This document shows, in pieces, positions 17,969 through 20,000 of a stretch of DNA of 20,000 bases. A model generated the notes under the pieces. That model searched no databases. It saw only the letters and a list, made by a program, of their open reading frames with translations, and was not told the origin of the DNA. The number at the start of each line of letters is the position of its first letter. Position 1 is the stretch's first letter. A program made the translations under genes and the position numbers. Source of the DNA: Malacoraja senta (Eukaryota); contig JAXLNO010000329.1 in assembly GCA_038087875.1 (NCBI GenBank), positions 110,871-130,870 of the forward strand. The letters are read 5' to 3'.

Positions 17969-18357
17969 GGACGAGAGGGGATCTAAGTGAAAGATATAAG
18001 ATTGTTCAGGGTTTGGACATGCTAGAGACAGGAAACATGTTCCTGATGTTGGGGGAGTCCAGAACCAGGGGCCACAGTTTAAGAATAAGGAGTAAGCCAT
18101 TTAGAACGGAGACGAGGAAACACTTTTTCTCACAGAGTGGTGAGTCTGTGCAATTCTCTGCCTCAGAGGGCGGTGGAGGCAGGTTCTTTGGATGCTTTCA
18201 AGAGAGAGGAAGATAGGTCTCTTAAAAATAGCGGAGTCAGGGGATATGGGGAGAAGGCAGGAACAGGGTACTGATTGGGGATGATCAGCCATGATCACAT
18301 TCAATGGCGGTGCTGGCTCGAAGGGCCGAATGACCTTCTACTGCACCTATTGTCTAT
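17969..18357 (+). mobile_element. Older CR1 3' fragment (ORF2 C-terminus + 3'UTR), different subfamily/tail
   Basis: Aligns with ~11813-12200 (GAGAGGGGATCT..., MLGESRTRGHSLRIR, GATGATCAGCCATGATCA, GGCTCGAAGGGCCGAATG). Has a frameshift and a CTATTGTCTAT tail. Confidence 0.9.
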
Positions 18358-19445
18358 AATACTAAAACTCTTCCCTTTGTTTTTGTGTCTGTGTGGGCCA
18401 GGGTTGTGTCAGCTTTCTGTCAATCTCCTTAATTCCTATCTTCTTCCAAACGCTAGGCCACAGCCTTCCCATTTTCACACATGCTACTGACATTTTCCCC
18501 GTGGACGTGATAAAAATCTTCCCATTGCATTTCAACCTCTTTTTCCCCAGTTACTAATGTTTAAAAATAGTTTTAAAAAATTAAAGTTCTTCAAGCTCAC
18601 CCATTTTGAAGAAAAAAATGCGGACTGACCTCACAATCCCACGTATGCTCTATGCGCAAGGGGTATTCCAACCTGCTCAGCCCCGCTGGGATCCCTCGCC
18701 CTCACCATCTCTACTCTCCCTCCCCCGACCCTCTGTCCCTCTCTCTAGCCCCCTCCATCTCTGCCCCTCTCCATCTCTACCCCCTCACCCTCCCTCTCCA
18801 CCCCCCTCACCTCCCTCTCTCTCTCTACCCCCTCCCCCTCCCTCTCTACCACCCTACGAGGGAAACTCCAGCACCCACCCGCTGGGACCCGTTCGACCCC
18901 GCATGCTCTCCTCCGTTCGGCTCGGACCCGTTAAGCCCAGCTCCATCGGCTCTGCTCGAAGAGTTGAGGAAGGGGTTGGGGGAGTGGAGGAGAGGAAAAA
19001 AATCCTGGGCAGTTGAGGAGGGAGAATGGGGGGATTGACATGGAAGTGGGGCTAAGGAAAGTTGTTCAAATGTCTACACTCCCTCTCACGCCCCCTCCCT
19101 CTATACCCTCCCCCTCGCTACCCTCCCTCCCTCTCTACCCCCCTCCCCTGACCCTACCCCCACACTTTCTAACCCCCTCCCTCTCTGCCCCTCTCCCTCT
19201 CTACCACCCTCCCCCTATCTCTACCCTCCTTCTCTAACCCCCTCACCCTTTCTACCCCTCAACTCCCACTCTACCCCCGCACTCTCTACCCCCTCACCCT
19301 CTCCCTCTCTCCCCCTCCCTCTCCCTCTCTGCCCCTCTCCATCTCTATCCCCCTCCCTCTCTACCACCCTCACCTCTCCCTCGCTACCCACTCCCGCTCC
19401 TTCTGTATGCGTGCCTGCGCAGTTGGGGGCTATGCGTGAGTGGAT
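18353..19445 (+). mobile_element. Possible non-autonomous Helitron-like element, 3' end missing
   Basis: Begins TCTATAATACTAAAA, resembling Helitron 5' termini (TC + TATA-rich), with a low-complexity interior. No terminal hairpin-CTRR found, so the call and the right boundary are tentative. Confidence 0.3.
18695..19400. repeat. Two C/T-rich low-complexity blocks (~18695-18855 and ~19073-19400)
   Basis: (CCCCTCT/CTCTAC)n-like tracts sharing CTCTGCCCCTCTCCATCTCTA (at ~18759 and ~19327), separated by a partly G-rich spacer. Confidence 0.85.
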
Positions 19446-19471
19446 AGGGGGAAAAGGAGCAAATTAAAGCG

Positions 19472-19628
19472 TTACTTGAAAATAAAGAAATCAACGTTCA
19501 AATCCTGGGTTGTAAGCTGCCCAAGAAAAATAAAAGGTGCTGTTCCTCCAATTTGCGTTTGGCCTCACACTGACAGTGGAGCAGGCCCGGGACAAAACGG
19601 TCAGTTTTGGAATGGGAAGGGGAGTTAA
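19472..19628 (-). mobile_element. Penelope-like element fragment (C-terminus of GIY-YIG endonuclease)
   Basis: Minus strand NSPSHSKTDRFVPGLLHCQCEAKRKLEEQHLLFFLGSLQP/(frameshift)LNVDFFIFK* matches the HF...H...R...E...I..L....P.GLN tail of Penelope GIY-YIG domains. Confidence 0.75.
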
Positions 19629-20000
19629 TTTATTGACCTGCTCCATTATAATACATTTGACATCAACACTACATTTATAAAGGTCCCACAACCTGACTGC
19701 TGTTAGACAAAGCTCCCAGGTTTAATATATTTAGATGAACAGTCTGCAGACTTCAATTTGGATTTGTGTCATCATTATAAAACAAACAATGGAAAATCAG
19801 TTTGAAGAGAACCATAGACCAGTTTCCAGAATGTGAATGGAAGCAAGCAGATGGGGAACTGATCTCTTATACTACAATCCTTGCAGCACCATCCACCTTT
19901 GACACTGATGATTCCAAGTGCCTAATGGTCACTTTGTGCCAAAGCCACTAATTTGCTACAACATTTCAACATTGTTCATTTTCCACATAGGAATTGTCAG

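Noticed and set aside
18606..19237. Proline/leucine-rich ORFs (128-136 aa and 74 aa)
   Set aside because: They are translations of C/T low-complexity DNA that is open in several frames.
19630..20000. Possible host exon in the terminal unique-looking sequence
   Set aside because: There is no convincing ORF, splice pair or motif, so nothing can be supported from the sequence alone.

Overview
Vertebrate, repeat-only window with no host gene visible. It is probably from an elasmobranch (shark/skate/ray), an inference from the CR1 3'UTR and Penelope sequence styles. 1-3447 is a degenerate TGACCCTT/TGACTC satellite with a ~1.1-kb higher-order period. It directly abuts a defective minus-strand endogenous retrovirus (3448-17968). 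The provirus has two ~710-bp LTRs (~95% identical by hand count), a tRNA-Ser PBS, a PPT, gag/pol remnants and a pseudogenised gamma-type env. A decayed 5'-truncated L1-clade LINE (5467-13088, minus) sits inside it, flanked exactly by a ~922-bp direct duplication of proviral DNA that behaves like a giant target-site duplication. A young CR1-clade LINE with an open 853-codon ORF2 (9508-12219, plus) is nested in codon ~16 of the L1 ORF2. Further CR1 3' fragments, a possible Helitron-like element, C-rich low-complexity DNA and a Penelope GIY-YIG fragment follow. The most notable items are the ~0.9-kb TSD-like duplication, the mosaic character of the ERV, the missing proviral TSD, the duplicated gag start and the nuclear-receptor-like grammar of the satellite. 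All identities and counts were made by eye and need computational confirmation.
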